A stretch of 64,000 nt of DNA from NCBI GenBank assembly GCA_000934665.2, contig JYFJ02000115.1, positions 1-64,000 of the forward strand. The letters are read 5' to 3'. Shown here piece by piece: positions 1 to 13,504 of the stretch (positions within the stretch are counted from its first letter, which is position 1; every line of letters begins with the position of its first letter). The position numbers and the translations under genes are program-made. Source of the stretch: Catajapyx aquilonaris (taxonomy: Eukaryota). The notes under the pieces were generated by a model, which did no database searches, was not told the DNA's origin, and saw only the letters and a program-made list of their open reading frames with translations.

Positions 1-517
1 CACTCTCCACATGCCGATGTCCGAACACGCCCAGTTGCCAGGTAATGCCAAAGTCGTTGTTTACACTTGTTATATGCTATTGTGTCCAGCACTGTACATG
101 CACAACGGTAATGATTCAGGAAATTAATTTCCATAATATTACCCTGTAATGGTTTTGCAGTAACAGAGTTAGATGGTGCTGATTTCATATCTTTCCATTT
201 TTCCTTAACACAGATGTTTTTCTTGCAATGATAATGTGATAATTTTATTATATTACAATTGCATATTTGTACAATGGAAATTACTCCCATGAATCTCACA
301 GCCTTTCATTGAAGTATCACTTTTTTCTGCTGTGCACTCGAATCACTACCATCATAATAGCTAATATTTCCACTTTTATTTTATTTACAGAGAGGAGACA
401 TTGTTGAGTGCGAGATAGATGCCATCGGCACCATTGCAAACAAAGTTGTGTAAAAGGATGTGTATGAGCACATATGTACAATTTTGAGAATAAATAACGA
501 GGGCTTTGCTGTCACTA

Positions 518-2059
518 TCACATATTGAAATACTGCGAGTGCTTCTGCCTTGTGCTGACAATGGCATTCAGAAAGTTCCTCACACTCCAGTCCTCCTCGT
601 GAAGCATGTCATTTGTTGTGAACGGACCATGACGAAGCCTCTGAAGTTCCGTCACATGAGCACACGTGTCCAGAGCTAATGAAAAAGGGATTAAGCATTT
701 CACAAAATGTAGCTCATACAATGCCATTTCCTGGTAATAAATGAGGCTCCACTGGACCCTAGACCTCCATATGCAATAATTCGAAATTAGCTACAAGCCT
801 CACCTAAGCCAAGATCGTGGATCAAGCTCCGGACGTAAAACCCGCCTCCACATGAGACAACGAGTGTGAACAGGGGAGGGTCAAAGGCCTCCAGAGTTAT
901 TTCGTTGCATGTGACCATCCGTGGAGTCGGGTTCACCTCAATGCCATCTCTGTAAAAATTAAGCCAATTTTAGGATCGAATGCACATCAGACTGGCCTCA
1001 TTAATGTGTGTACAAGTTCTAATCCTAAGAAATTATGTCCATAAAATGCATTCAGATGAAGTCATTTCCAGAAATCTCATACATAATATCACATCTGAAT
1101 ATAACAATATTACCATGTCCGAGTGTCTCATCTCTGCATTACAACTGAAAAGCAACGCATTACGATAATTCAATTCGCCATGAAGAAATACCCTGCGTTA
1201 AGTTGTTACTGGCTCGCAGAATAGAGACATTAGTCAAGTTGACATGAGTTACAACGCAGCTTCCCATAAACAAATTCAAATTGAGAAGGTGGGTCCAGCC
1301 GCTCAATATTGATGAGGAACCACACTCAACATATTTTCAACAATGACAAATTCACAAGCCATAAAATGTGGCAAGCTGATGACAATTCACATTCGAGGTT
1401 TCCTGTATTAAAGATGTAAACCTTTTCATTAGGAAAACACGACCGCCTTGTGAACTTACTGGACTAGATCGCTCAGCCTCCTCCCTCCCAGCTTCAGTGC
1501 GGAGTACTTGGGCGGCACCTGCATGACCTTCCCCTTAAACTGGTCCAGGGCTTCGGACAGCGTCTCCTGCGTCACGTGTCCTGCAATGTGTGAACAAGCG
1601 GTCAACTCCACCGTCCCATCCATCCGAAACCGTCCACCCACCGTACTCCCTCTCCTGCACGACTTGTCCCGAGTCGTTGTATGTGTCCGTGGCTGTCCCA
1701 AGCTTCCCGACCACCCTGTAGTCCTTAGCCCCGCTGAGCAGGGTCGGAAGGGCCTTGCAGCCCCAGCCAACTCCAACGGCCAGCACACCCGTTGCGGTGC
1801 TGTCCAGCGTGCCTCCATGTCCAATCCGCAATGGATCCGGACGGAAGCGGGGCTTCACCTCATCGTATATCACCTGCAGTTATGTTAAATATGGTTAGCC
1901 AATAAATGTAATATAATATTAAATTTTAAAAAAAATCACCTGCTTGATTCGTTCCAGGACCTCAACCGAGGTGGAATCCTTGACCTTGTTGACCGCGAAT
2001 AGTCCCTTCCTGAGCAGTCTAAGTGTGGAGTAGTTGTTCACCTTCAGCACCCACCCCAT
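518..2059 (-). CDS. TRUB1: tRNA pseudouridine synthase TruB family (TRUB1-like), 5 exons, ~258 aa
   Basis: Exons 2059-1940, 1873-1642, 1580-1460, 949-804, 675-518 joined by GT-AG introns (777 nt, frame intact). Motifs GLFAVNK, catalytic IGHGGTLD, Q-V-PPKYSALK, GFYVRSLIHDLG, AHVTELQRLRHGPF. Confidence 0.93.
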
Positions 2060-5000
2060 GGTCCGCCCCTGGGTGCCGCCCTTGGTTGCTTCGATTAAAT
2101 TTTGAATATATTAAATCTCACCTGGCCCCTGCCATGGGCGCCGCCATGTTTGAATCCATTGATCCCACACTATTTGAGCTGTTGTCATGGTTTCGGATGG
2201 AAGCCATGTTGGAACAGGCAACAGAGCTTACTAGAATAAAGCAGGGTCTATGGGTGCAGGCAGACCGGGAGGTTTGAAATGGCCCGACACCTTTTCGGAT
2301 GGAAAGGCCCTATACGAGTAAGTGATGTGGTCTTTAATCACTACTCTAAGTCTATAGGGATCTTGAGAATATGCTATCACTAAATGCACATGCGCTATAA
2401 TGAAAAATAATTACGCAAAAGTGTAGCAAGAACTCATGCTGCTAAAATATCATTTGCAGACATATTTAAAGTCCGTTATAGAAAACTCCGGTGGTCATTG
2501 TGCGCAATAATAGCTTAATAATTAAAAATATTAGTAAGTGTGTTTGGGTGGTACACACTACAGTACACACGATCCAAGTCCAAGGTAATGAGGGGGGCAT
2601 CGAAGGCCGGGGGAGAAAGTGCCGATTGTTTACCCCCCACAAACTACTTTATGGAGAGTCTTACATCATTTATGACAACTCTGTGTTAGCTAATTTCACT
2701 GTATACACTTAACTGATAAGACCTCTCAAACAAATAGGTAAAACATCATAAAGCTATTATCCACAGACGGAAAAATCGCGATACTAGGACAGAGCGTAAC
2801 ACTTTAGTAAAATATTTACATGGTTATGGTATCCTCTACAACACTTTTAAAATATACAACTTACTACATTGCATTTTTATTAGAAGTGGTAAAAACTGCG
2901 TCAGTGTCAGCAGGACGCCTATCACAAAAAAAGAAGGCATGAAACAATACAACGAGTGAGATCCGTCGGAGTTTATGAACTCTCTCTGTCTCTTATCGAC
3001 TCTTTTGTCTGTCACAGATAAGAAAAGTAGTAGAAGTGTCACTATGGCTGCTACGTCAACATTTCAAGCAAGCACGGAAGAAGTAAGTAGAATAATGACC
3101 GATTTTTTTGTGATTTCAGACTGAAAAGCCTGGCATTTGAGGCCATTTTATTCCGATAACGAATGAATTACTCTTTGTGCACGATGACATAATATTGTCA
3201 TAACGTGAGTGCGAACCGCACGTCACAGTAGGTAAATCGCTTAGCTTTAACTACCCAAACGTAATAGACGTTATCATTATTCAGTGTGGTGTCAAATAGG
3301 GAGCTTCGAGTCACAATAATGCAAAGTCCATGCCAAATTAATCGAAGTGTTAGTAACGCAACAGCAAAAAAGTGGAGCAGCAAAGTATTAAGAGCCTTAT
3401 CATGTTAGACATGCCGTGCAATAAATCTATCTCAGAATTTAAAGAATGAGAGTTTGAAAATGCGAGTGGGTTTTCGCTGCTCTTGATACGTACAACTATA
3501 GTCAACTACACAAAGCCTATAGAGCAGCAGCAACATACGCTTAACTTATTGAATGGCTACTAGACACATTGGAAGTTATTACGTGTAAGTACTGCTTTTG
3601 CTTCCTTGTGTATATCTTGCTTCACTGCGCTACAGGCAATAATTACGTGCAATGAATGGGATGTGGCCCAGTGAAGTGGCATTTACAGGATGCAAAGAGG
3701 AAGAAAACACTTGTCCGCATTAAATATTTGGCCTGACAACTCCCATGGTAAGTAAGGTGATTCCTCTTCTTCTTCATTCCTCCTCCTCCTCCTTCCATCC
3801 TCTGCACCTCCACCTCTCTATCCCCTTGGTAAGAGAGAGAAGACAAGGCAAGCTGGTGGTGCCCATTGCCCAATGCCCCCAAGTTCCTTCCTTCTTCTTC
3901 AGTTGGCGGCCGATCCTCCGCCGTAACGGTCGCACTCTATCAGGACTCTGTCTCACACACACACTCTGTCTACTCCATATTTTTTTAAAAAAAGTGTCCA
4001 CATAACCACAACGACAATATAAGCGACGACAGTGCGTGGGTGCGTGTGATTGTTGTGCGTCGACCATGACCATTACCCGGGTTTGCCAGCACCATTGTTA
4101 GTCAACAGCCTCCAGAGTGTTGGTAAGTTAATTGTTGTTTTTTTTTTTAAAAAAAAAAGAAGTGCATATTTCAGCAGCTGATTGGGTCGGTTATTGATGG
4201 GATGAATGGTTGGTTTGAGGTTTTGGGGAGGGGTGCAATGCAGCTGATGCATAGAGAGAGAGGGTGGTGGATGGAGAGCCGGGCCATTGGCCATCCCCAT
4301 GGTCAGTGGCCTAACGATTCTGAAAGCCACTCACTCGCTGAACAACACCCCTTTTGCTGCCTTGCCTTTTTGCCTGGCTGACTGCCAACACTCGACCGAC
4401 ATCGGTCACACCGGTACACGGGGGTCTACACACACACACAAATTATTGTATATGAAAAACTACATAATATTATTCGGGGGTGCATGCGTGGGCCATTCCA
4501 CACAGATATGCCCCTCTTAAGTGCTTCTCGGTGTACAAACGATTACAGCCCGGAAAACGACACATGTTTTGTTCCAATTTGTGCTATATTCTGCGCTTTC
4601 TCCTGTCTGTCAGTCCCAAACAGTTCTGCTATGATATCTTATTATAACATATTATTATTATAGCGGAACTCTCTGGTCAGTCCCCAACATTATTCATACC
4701 CAATATTGTTGTATTGCATATTATGACAACGCTTATTTTCATGGGGTTCAATCATTCACTGTGCCAAAGAAATTTATTGTCGCTTTTTATGCAATGCAAA
4801 GTAATTTTATTTGTTCATGCACATTAGCAAACACTTGAGCGGATAAGCATTACTAGTTGTCACGAGTAAACTGTAAACTGGGTACAAAAGTAATTCACAA
4901 AATTAATTATCCAGATATACTTATACTTGTACACGCATAATTATGTTCATCGACATATTAACGCAAGTATATAGTTACAATAATCTACACATTAATAACC

Positions 5001-8000
5001 AGAGAGCAACATATAGTTGAAGGTCAAATCTCTTTCTTGGACATTACCTAGGTGAACCATTTATCATTAAGTAATTAACTAATCCCCTGCCCAGTTCACA
5101 CTGTCACGTTTTTTTCTCTCTCTCTTTCGCCGAGCTTTAGTGACCAAGAAGTGTCTGAGCAAATGCGAATTTACAGTGTATAATGACTCGGGTCGCAGGT
5201 GGGTCGCGGTGCCAGATAAATCGCGTTGTAGATCGTGCCAAAATCTGCCCGAATGAAAAAAAAGGAGAGCACAAGTGCAAGTGGTCACATGTCAGGTGGG
5301 GGAGGTTGAATTTAACGAGCGAGAGGAGCATGAGCTCTGGTGTGTTGGAAGTGACATAAAGTGGCATTACGACTCCAAATGCTGGTCGTTCACACTGTGG
5401 GTGGCTGGCCCTCCCAGTCATGACCATGGACCCTACCAGTCTTCACCAGCATCATTGCACCACCAACAGAAGAAGGGTGAGAAGCCTTGCTTCTTCTTCT
5501 TTACCACCAACCCACCCACCCTGCCCATCTTCTTCTTCACGACAACAATATTGCGGCAGCCTCGACCAGTTGACCTGGCTTCCAAACCACTTCGGGGCAA
5601 AGTGCTCTTTTGCAGCAGAGAACGCTTCATTTTTACGGGCTCTTCGTGCCCCTCGAGAAACATCCGGGATAAGAGAGAGAGGGGGGGGGGGGGCTCAAAA
5701 TCTGCAGAAGGTTAATCATTTACCCCCTTTTTTATCCTCCAAAGCCACTCCCGTACATTAGCCACGTTTTAAAAAAAAAGGTGAAGAGTACAACAACAGC
5801 CTACTCCACTTCTCTCTTTTACAGACTTTATCTCCGAGGAATTCAGACAGGTTGTCTCCGTTTCAAATTTTCACCTCAAATGCAATGTTTTCAATTGTCG
5901 TATAAAGAGATTTTTTTAAACCTGTCCATTTTTTTCTTTCCTGAACAATTCCTCTTTGCGTGTGACAGTATTATGATTGGACTTTTTTAAAATTGACGCC
6001 CTGATTCCCTGTCTGCTCAGCAGGACGTGGTGCAATCCGGCTCCGATTGTCTCTGCGATAATTAGTCTAAAAGTAGGCCTATCATCAAGGGAGGTTAAGG
6101 TTCCTGTTACTGGAACATGGGAAACACGGCGAAGCCCTCATTAAAAATCCTGATGCCTCTAACTTGGAGGAGAATATAGCCACAAAACTTGAGCAGAAGC
6201 CCATAAAAACAACACAATGTGGCCGTAGTGCAAATGAATACTGTAGGGCCTCAACACCTTTCGAAAACCACGTTTCGTGACTTGCATCTAACGGAACACC
6301 TAAGCAGCTGACCCCTCCTCTACCTTATCCACCACTCGTTTTTTTACCATTTTTTTTTTTACATAACCCCCCTCCTTCCTTTTAAATTCTTCCCTTGAAC
6401 ACCAAACAGGCATCTGGGCAAAAGGGTGAGGTCAGGACACCCGAGGTCGCAGGTCAGTGGAACGACGATGACTAAGCAAAAAAAACAACGGAGGATCAAA
6501 GGGGCGGGAACCAGAAAGATTTACAGGTGGATTTTGCAGGTGGATTAAGTGAGGCTTAAAATTACTTAATTATATTACCATATACTTAATTGATTAAGCA
6601 ATTATTAATAACTGATAAACCGAATGAAAATTTGTGCACATCAGGATTTAGCATTATTTGAACATGTTTTTAAAGAAATCTTTAAAAAATGTGGAGATGT
6701 GCATTAGATTTGTCTTGCTTTACAAACTTTCGTTCAGTTCACAGATGCGCAGTTGCCCTTATTCTGAGAGCTAAAAATTGAGGTCGATCCTGCTCCTCAT
6801 CCATTGGAATGTCACAGAAATGGAGCCATCTAGATAATAATATGCCCTCCTCTTCTCGACAGCGGCCTATCGTGTCTCTTTATTATTTATTATTTTTTTA
6901 AATAATGTTTCTCCCGCGGTCTCTCATTCTCTTTCCCAGCATGGATAATATAATACACTGCAACGTAGGCGTTGCCCCGCATGTCGCGCACTTGGCTCAC
7001 TTTCACTCTCGTCTGCTGGCCATACCCTTTGGACTCACGATGCAACCTGTTGGAATCGTGTACTCTCTTTTTGTTTAAGGGAAGGGAGGAGGAAAAAAAA
7101 TAACCAACAATTCAAAAGTACAATGTCAGCAGAAAAAAAGAGGAGTTAGAGCACGCTTCTTCCGTGTACATACATTGTGTCCCTGGAATATTCGTGACGG
7201 CAGCACGTTTAAGATCCGTAGACCTGTAATCTGAAATCGAGATGGGGAATATAAAGAAGAAGAAGAAAAACTTGAACGCGCCCCTTTCAATTATCTGAAC
7301 TCGGCCCCCTTTTCAATTACCATCACGGTTTGTGTACGTGGATTACGCCCATTCTTCTTTCTCCTTCGAATATGCACGCTTTACGAATACAATCGCACGA
7401 TGAATGTGCCAAAAAGTGTGTCCCAATGCGAATTTTCTGATTGATTTCCAATCAATTTCCGAGACGAAATAAATTTTTGCAAGAAAGTTTTGGTCCACCC
7501 TGTAAATATTTAAAGGTGCATAACTGTAAGTGTTGACCTGGCAAGTTGCTCGCATCTTGAAACCAATTAAAGGCTGACAGGTGTAGTGTGCGATCAAAGC
7601 TATAGTCACCATCATGCATGCAACGCAACTAAAAAAAAAAGGTGCGTCGTGACTCGCAAAAGGAAGATAAGCCTTTCGAATGTAGGTTAACGTTACATAA
7701 GTCATTCCTCTCTTCCCTTTCGAGTCACTCTTTTTAGCCATGGCAGCAGTGCAAGTACCGTACATTGTAACAGGTTTTTGAGGCATACGCACATATGTTA
7801 TTGCGGTGATGCAACAACTACTCAGCCCCTTTTGCTGCTTAGCCAAACTTAATAATCTGAGCAATAAAAATTATGGTCCGGGCGAGATAATTAACCGTGG
7901 AACAGGATTGATGGCACTTAAATGTTCCCTTAATGTCCTCCATGTCTCTCATCACATATAAAGGGGTCTCACCCTTCCAGAGAGACACGCAAAAAAAAAA

Positions 8001-11000
8001 TCGTTGTGATTGGTTGCAAGCGTGTCAAGTTGAAAAAAAGATGATGGTGCTTAGTCGGTTTCTCAATCCGTCCTTTCACTATCTTCAAGGGTGAAAGGAC
8101 CTAGTCGAAGGTGACGCAACCGTGAAATTGTTATGGTTCACTTTTTTAGTGTCAACTTTTGTAGCTGGAAGAGTAAGTCGTGTGATTGTTCAGGAGTGCC
8201 AATTCAAACAATGCAAATTGGCTGATTGTATTACTGTATCAACATTGAGTACTAGCTGGTATGATCACCTTGCAATTTTTTTGTTTGTCAGTACTGGACC
8301 TGCCAACCTCTGGAATATAAGTGACAATACACTTGGTGCATGTAAACCACAGCAAGGTGTCAGTGTTCTTGCCCTCTCTTTTTTCCCCCCTTTTTAAAAA
8401 TTTTTCCTGGACCTGTCATCGGGCGGGAAATGTGAAAGGAACGGGCAACATCCGGTTGTGTATAGTGCGAGAGAGTATGATGACCGCCGACAGCTGGCTC
8501 CAGGTTGGGTCTTGTGGGCGGTACCCGGGTACTACAACTTTGCATCGGGACAGACCAACCTGTCCGCCTTGCTGTCCAACTTCACACAAAACGGATCTGA
8601 AACAGTACACCCCCAGCAGGATTAGTTTCTGTTTTGGACCCACGAAACTTCCCCCCAAAAATAATGTGATCCTCTCTCTGCATTTTGTCTTGAAAAAGTT
8701 TGACATTCGGGCACCTTGAGATTGACAGCCGAGATTGTTTGGGTGTAAGAGGATATTATGCCAGAATATCCGGCGCCATGCTGCTGTCGGTTTCTAGAAA
8801 TCTAAAACCGTGTTTTATCAGCAGAATTCCAGAGATTTTGGATGGTATATAACAAGGGTTGCCATTGACACCTCCATTGAACATGATGGATTACTCTCTC
8901 CAGTAGCTCATGCGCAGTCAGACCCAATGCGGTACGTGGGAGTGGAATGCGCACGCGCGGAAGGAATGAGTAATCAATCACATTTTTAGCCACGCCCTGT
9001 TTGTTGGAGGTGCTGCTATTTTTAAACTTGGGAAATTTTTTGACCGCTTCCGTAACAATCGCAATTTTTGCCAGATCTTCCATTGGATCGGTACAGTTAG
9101 ACCTATTTGAAATGATGATGAGTCTGCAACAAGTGTTGGGGTCTCCTCGGCTGCCAACTGGCCAGGTGAAAACTCCGCACCTTCCCACTCACTCACCTTG
9201 CCTTTTTTTCCCCCTCCTCCTCCCCCTTCTCTCAAAGTTACCTCAGACCTGCTTCAACTACCTGTTTATTATGTGGCCGCGACAATGACACTGAACTTCC
9301 TGGTACACAAGTCTCCCTTTCGGAGATGAGATGAGCTCAGGGTGCAACAGCGATCCCCCCCTCTAATTAACTCGTGCAAACGATTCCAGCCGACAATTTG
9401 TCTACCTGGAAGGACCTTCCATTGATCTAAGCCGAATTCGACCACACATTGGCCTTTTTTTCCAAGTAACACTTCGATATTAGTCCCACCCAGCATGACT
9501 AACGGTAGGCAGTTGCGCCTCACCCTGTAATTTGCAAGGAGAATCGTAATCGGCTGGTATTCATCTACCCTGTGTTTTGACACCTAATGATGCTTATTAC
9601 TCGCGTTACACAGTAGCTGGATATGCAGCCAACTCAAATGCTTGCAAAGACCCACTGCCACATAAAAATTGGCCTCTTCAAGAGTGTTTGTATAATGCAT
9701 GTGTCGTATGTACCGTTGGAGTCCTTGCAGGGTTATGTGCGAGGTATATCCCAGTAACCTCCCTGGTGCAAGTGTGTAACGGCACCTGACTGCATGCCCG
9801 CAACTTGCAACAAGTGACCAAAAGGGGAGACTATAAAGGCGCCGACTAAGAGATGTTGAGACGCGATAGACCGGCTATAGACTCAACCGGTATTCGGCCA
9901 CGACAAAACGTGTGTGTGTGTGTGTGTATATATATTTTGCCCCGTTTAGAAATGCTTCGACCACGACTCTCAAAGCTAATCCTTATTGAAGTGCGACCTT
10001 TTTAACCCTTGGTCCAGACACTTCTAAATAATCCGATTCGTTCTTGTCCAGCTTCGAAACGGATTTACTGACCGTGGTCTAATGGGGATTGGATGACTCG
10101 GACTTCTATACTCAGATTCCCATCCGGACTTCACTGGTACCGGCTCGCTTATTTATTTGTATACCATTTTCAACAGCACAATCGCACGAAATAATCGGTC
10201 TGTTATCATGTTTTTTTTCTTCCTTCCCCAACTTGGGCCTCCTTGATGCTGTGCATAAAATCTGTTGCCCCGAAGCAGGTTGTTCCAAACCAGCAAAAGC
10301 ATGGGGCGTATGCAAATGAGCATCTGTCGTCCCTGCCCAATTTCGGAACCATCTTTGCATTTCCCCATATTTTGGCGCCATTTGTTAAATTTCGGATGGG
10401 GGTGTCACGAGGTGTGACACGCCGCTCAGAAAGGAGAGAGAGAGAAAAAAAAGGAGAATAATTGGACGAGCCAAGAAGCTTATTTGCGGGTTGTCAAGTC
10501 CCTTAACGCGATTTTAATCTCCCGAGTTTTTTTTTTGCCCATTCTTTTTTTGAAACGCTGAGGTCAAAATCCTCAGTCACAAACATGATGTGATTTACCA
10601 AGTGTTGATGCTGCATTGTCACAAAAAACCGAAACTCACAATACCTGCTGATATACTCAAAAAATTCTGCATATTTTTCCTAATAGGCTTATTCTCTCCG
10701 TCCGATGTTTGTCCGATGTGATAGTATCGCTACCTCTCACACGGTGGCAGGAGTAAGCTGATGGAGTATGCGCCATCTTTGAGTGAAGATTAGTACTACG
10801 TGGTAAATCGGCGGGTCATCTCATTAAAGTCGCTGTCATTCTGATTTGTAGGTTTTGCCAAATTTTTGGCAACGGGTTCACTAGTTCCCAAATATGGCTA
10901 TACATACTCCTGGGGCTTGAAAGCGTCCTTCACGCCGCCGTTACGTGCTGGAGGCGCCGAAGAATGCGAACCGATCCCCTTTTTCCGGCAATTATCGCAA

Positions 11001-13504
11001 AAGCCACTTCCTGGTAAGCAGGTTCGCACCGCAATTTTTGCAAAGAACCGCCGATGCCCGAATGCAAAACCCGGTGTGTATAGTTGTTGTTGTTGTTGCG
11101 TGTGTGTGAGTGTGTGGGGTTGTTGTCGTGGAACTGGATAAGAATCCTTAAAGCGACGGTGGGTGGTGGTATGCAACTAGCTCTTGAAGAGCTGGCCAGA
11201 GGACAAGAAAGACAAGCCGCGGTGGTAGACACGTCTTTGAGAGTTGACCCCTTCCACTTCGGGCAAGTGTGTGGTCCTTAGCTGCCTTTCGATTATGCCA
11301 AGCCGGACATTTGTTTTCCCACGACCCCCTTTCTGTTTGATCTTCGCCGCCCCTTTTACTTTTACCCATCTTGAACAAGCCTGTATATACTTACAAACAA
11401 ACAAAAAAGTGCAGTAAACAAATAGCCAACAAATAAATAACGAATATTGGCCACACTACCGCCATTAATTTGTGTTTTAAAGACTCGAGCAAATTGGAGG
11501 ATGATTGTCTTCAAAATATATGTGTCAGGGCATGGTGCAAAAATGCTGCGGATATAGATTTTTTTTCCCCTCCAGCCGTTCCACCTCCCGTTTAATGGTC
11601 GATGAGTTTGAGCTTTTATTGCAACTTTCGCACATCATTGGCCATTTTTACGCGCGTGAACAGGTTTTTTTTTGGGCGAATAAAAAAAAAGGTTCTTCTC
11701 GTTAAATAGCGGTAAAAGTTTGAAGATGAAAAATGGCTCGGAACTCGTTTGCGCGCTTGGTGTGTGCTCCATATTCCTTAAAAGCAGCCAGGTTTGGCGA
11801 ATACATAAATTTCTGCAATACTGGTAAATTCGTAGAACTGTGCCATTTGAGGGACCCTGTGAGATTTAAAAAAACAGCAGGCGAGTGCACTTTTCGGGGG
11901 GTCCAACCGACAGATATGTGCAGCACTTATGTAATGGTATTGTCATTGAATATTTTCACATTTGCGTATGTATAGCTGAGCTACGACAACAAAATAATTC
12001 CAAGCGGACTTGGCTGTTTTTTCTTCTTTAAAAAAAATCTCAGACCCCTCATTTGTGGAACCCCAAGAAAATTCACGCGAACACAGAGAGAACTCATCGT
12101 GAATTCCGCAATGTTGACCTGCAATGGTCAGTTTGTAGGTGTGGATTTGTGGTGGACCGGGTCCAGTTTCCTCGCCGTGTGAACGACCTAGTATACCAAT
12201 TTGGGATTGAAGCCAGATTTTGGTGTCACGCCCAAATATCACGTCTTGGACACTCTCGGCTGGACGTGACATGACGCTTAACCTCTTTTTGTTTTTGGCC
12301 ATGTCAGCAATGTTTTATGGTCCTTATGGAGGCGTCGTCGAACGTTGCAAGGGTCGAGGCCTGCTACCATAATCCCCTGGCCCCAGCATGTTTAATTCAT
12401 GAAGATCGGCATGGGAATTGGCCCCAGGCCCTGCCCCTCCGTATATGTTAAGCAGTTCAGATCATACAGGTGGGTAGAGCTCTGGGTATGTAGGTAGGTT
12501 CACACGATTACGTAATTGGGCCAGCAACAGGATGAAAAAAGTGCCCTAATTGCGAATAATTTGGAGGTGCACGTGAAGTCTCCATATGTGACGTCTCAAC
12601 CCCCACACACATGGTGAAGGTTGTGCAACTCTTCTTCTTCTTCTCCCCCTCCAAAAAAGAGGATGAGAACATGTGTGGAATACGTGGGCAAGGCACCTGC
12701 GCCCTGGTGTTATTTGCTCACCTGCTCACAAGTCCTAACGGTGATTGCACATGATAGCTTGTGGTTCAAAACGTTGCCTTTTAGCCGCGTCTCCTTTTGC
12801 TCCTCTTCGTCCTGATTGGTCCTTATAGTTGAGTAGGTGAAGGAAAAAGATCCATCTCCCCCTTGGGGAATAGGGAGGCAAAAGAGGAGGAGGAGGGGTC
12901 AACCTGTGCTTTGTGCTAAGCAGTCATTACAGGCCATGTAGCGGAATGCTAAAGGATTACTCGGAGGCATGCTTGGACGGCACCGCTGCGATCGGATGAT
13001 GATGCTGATGGTATAGATAGATAGCGGATACTTTGCACCCATTCCACGCCATATTCGCACCCACTCGACCCACATTTTTCATGTCTAGAAGCACGGTTTT
13101 GCACAGAAGAAATTATTATTATGAAACACCCTGCAGAAATAGCGACTGGAATGCGGAATCGACTCGTTCGAACCATTCGTTTAAAAAAAAAAACGGTCCA
13201 AAAAATTCCAACCAAGAATGATGGGTCATCAATATATGATAATCTGACCTTGAGAGCAATCCATCTGACCGTACAGTGGTAATGGGAGGACGGCTGTATA
13301 GCTATTTTAATCCAGCTAACGAGCTCAAGTGCAGGCTCTCTAAAAGATCCGGGGCCAACTCTGGCTCAGATCATAAATCATTTTGGCGCCCCCTGTAAAA
13401 CCAGATAAGTCGCCTTCACCCGGATGCATATCTTCGTCACGCGGACAATTGCAAGGTGGATTTGCACACCAAGTAACTAACTCCATTTCTTGTGCAGTTT
13501 CAGT

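Noticed and set aside
7343..7864. 173-aa minus-strand ORF, and other ORFs in 3-13 kb
   Set aside because: Non-ATG starts, homopolymer-derived composition, no homology I can recognise.
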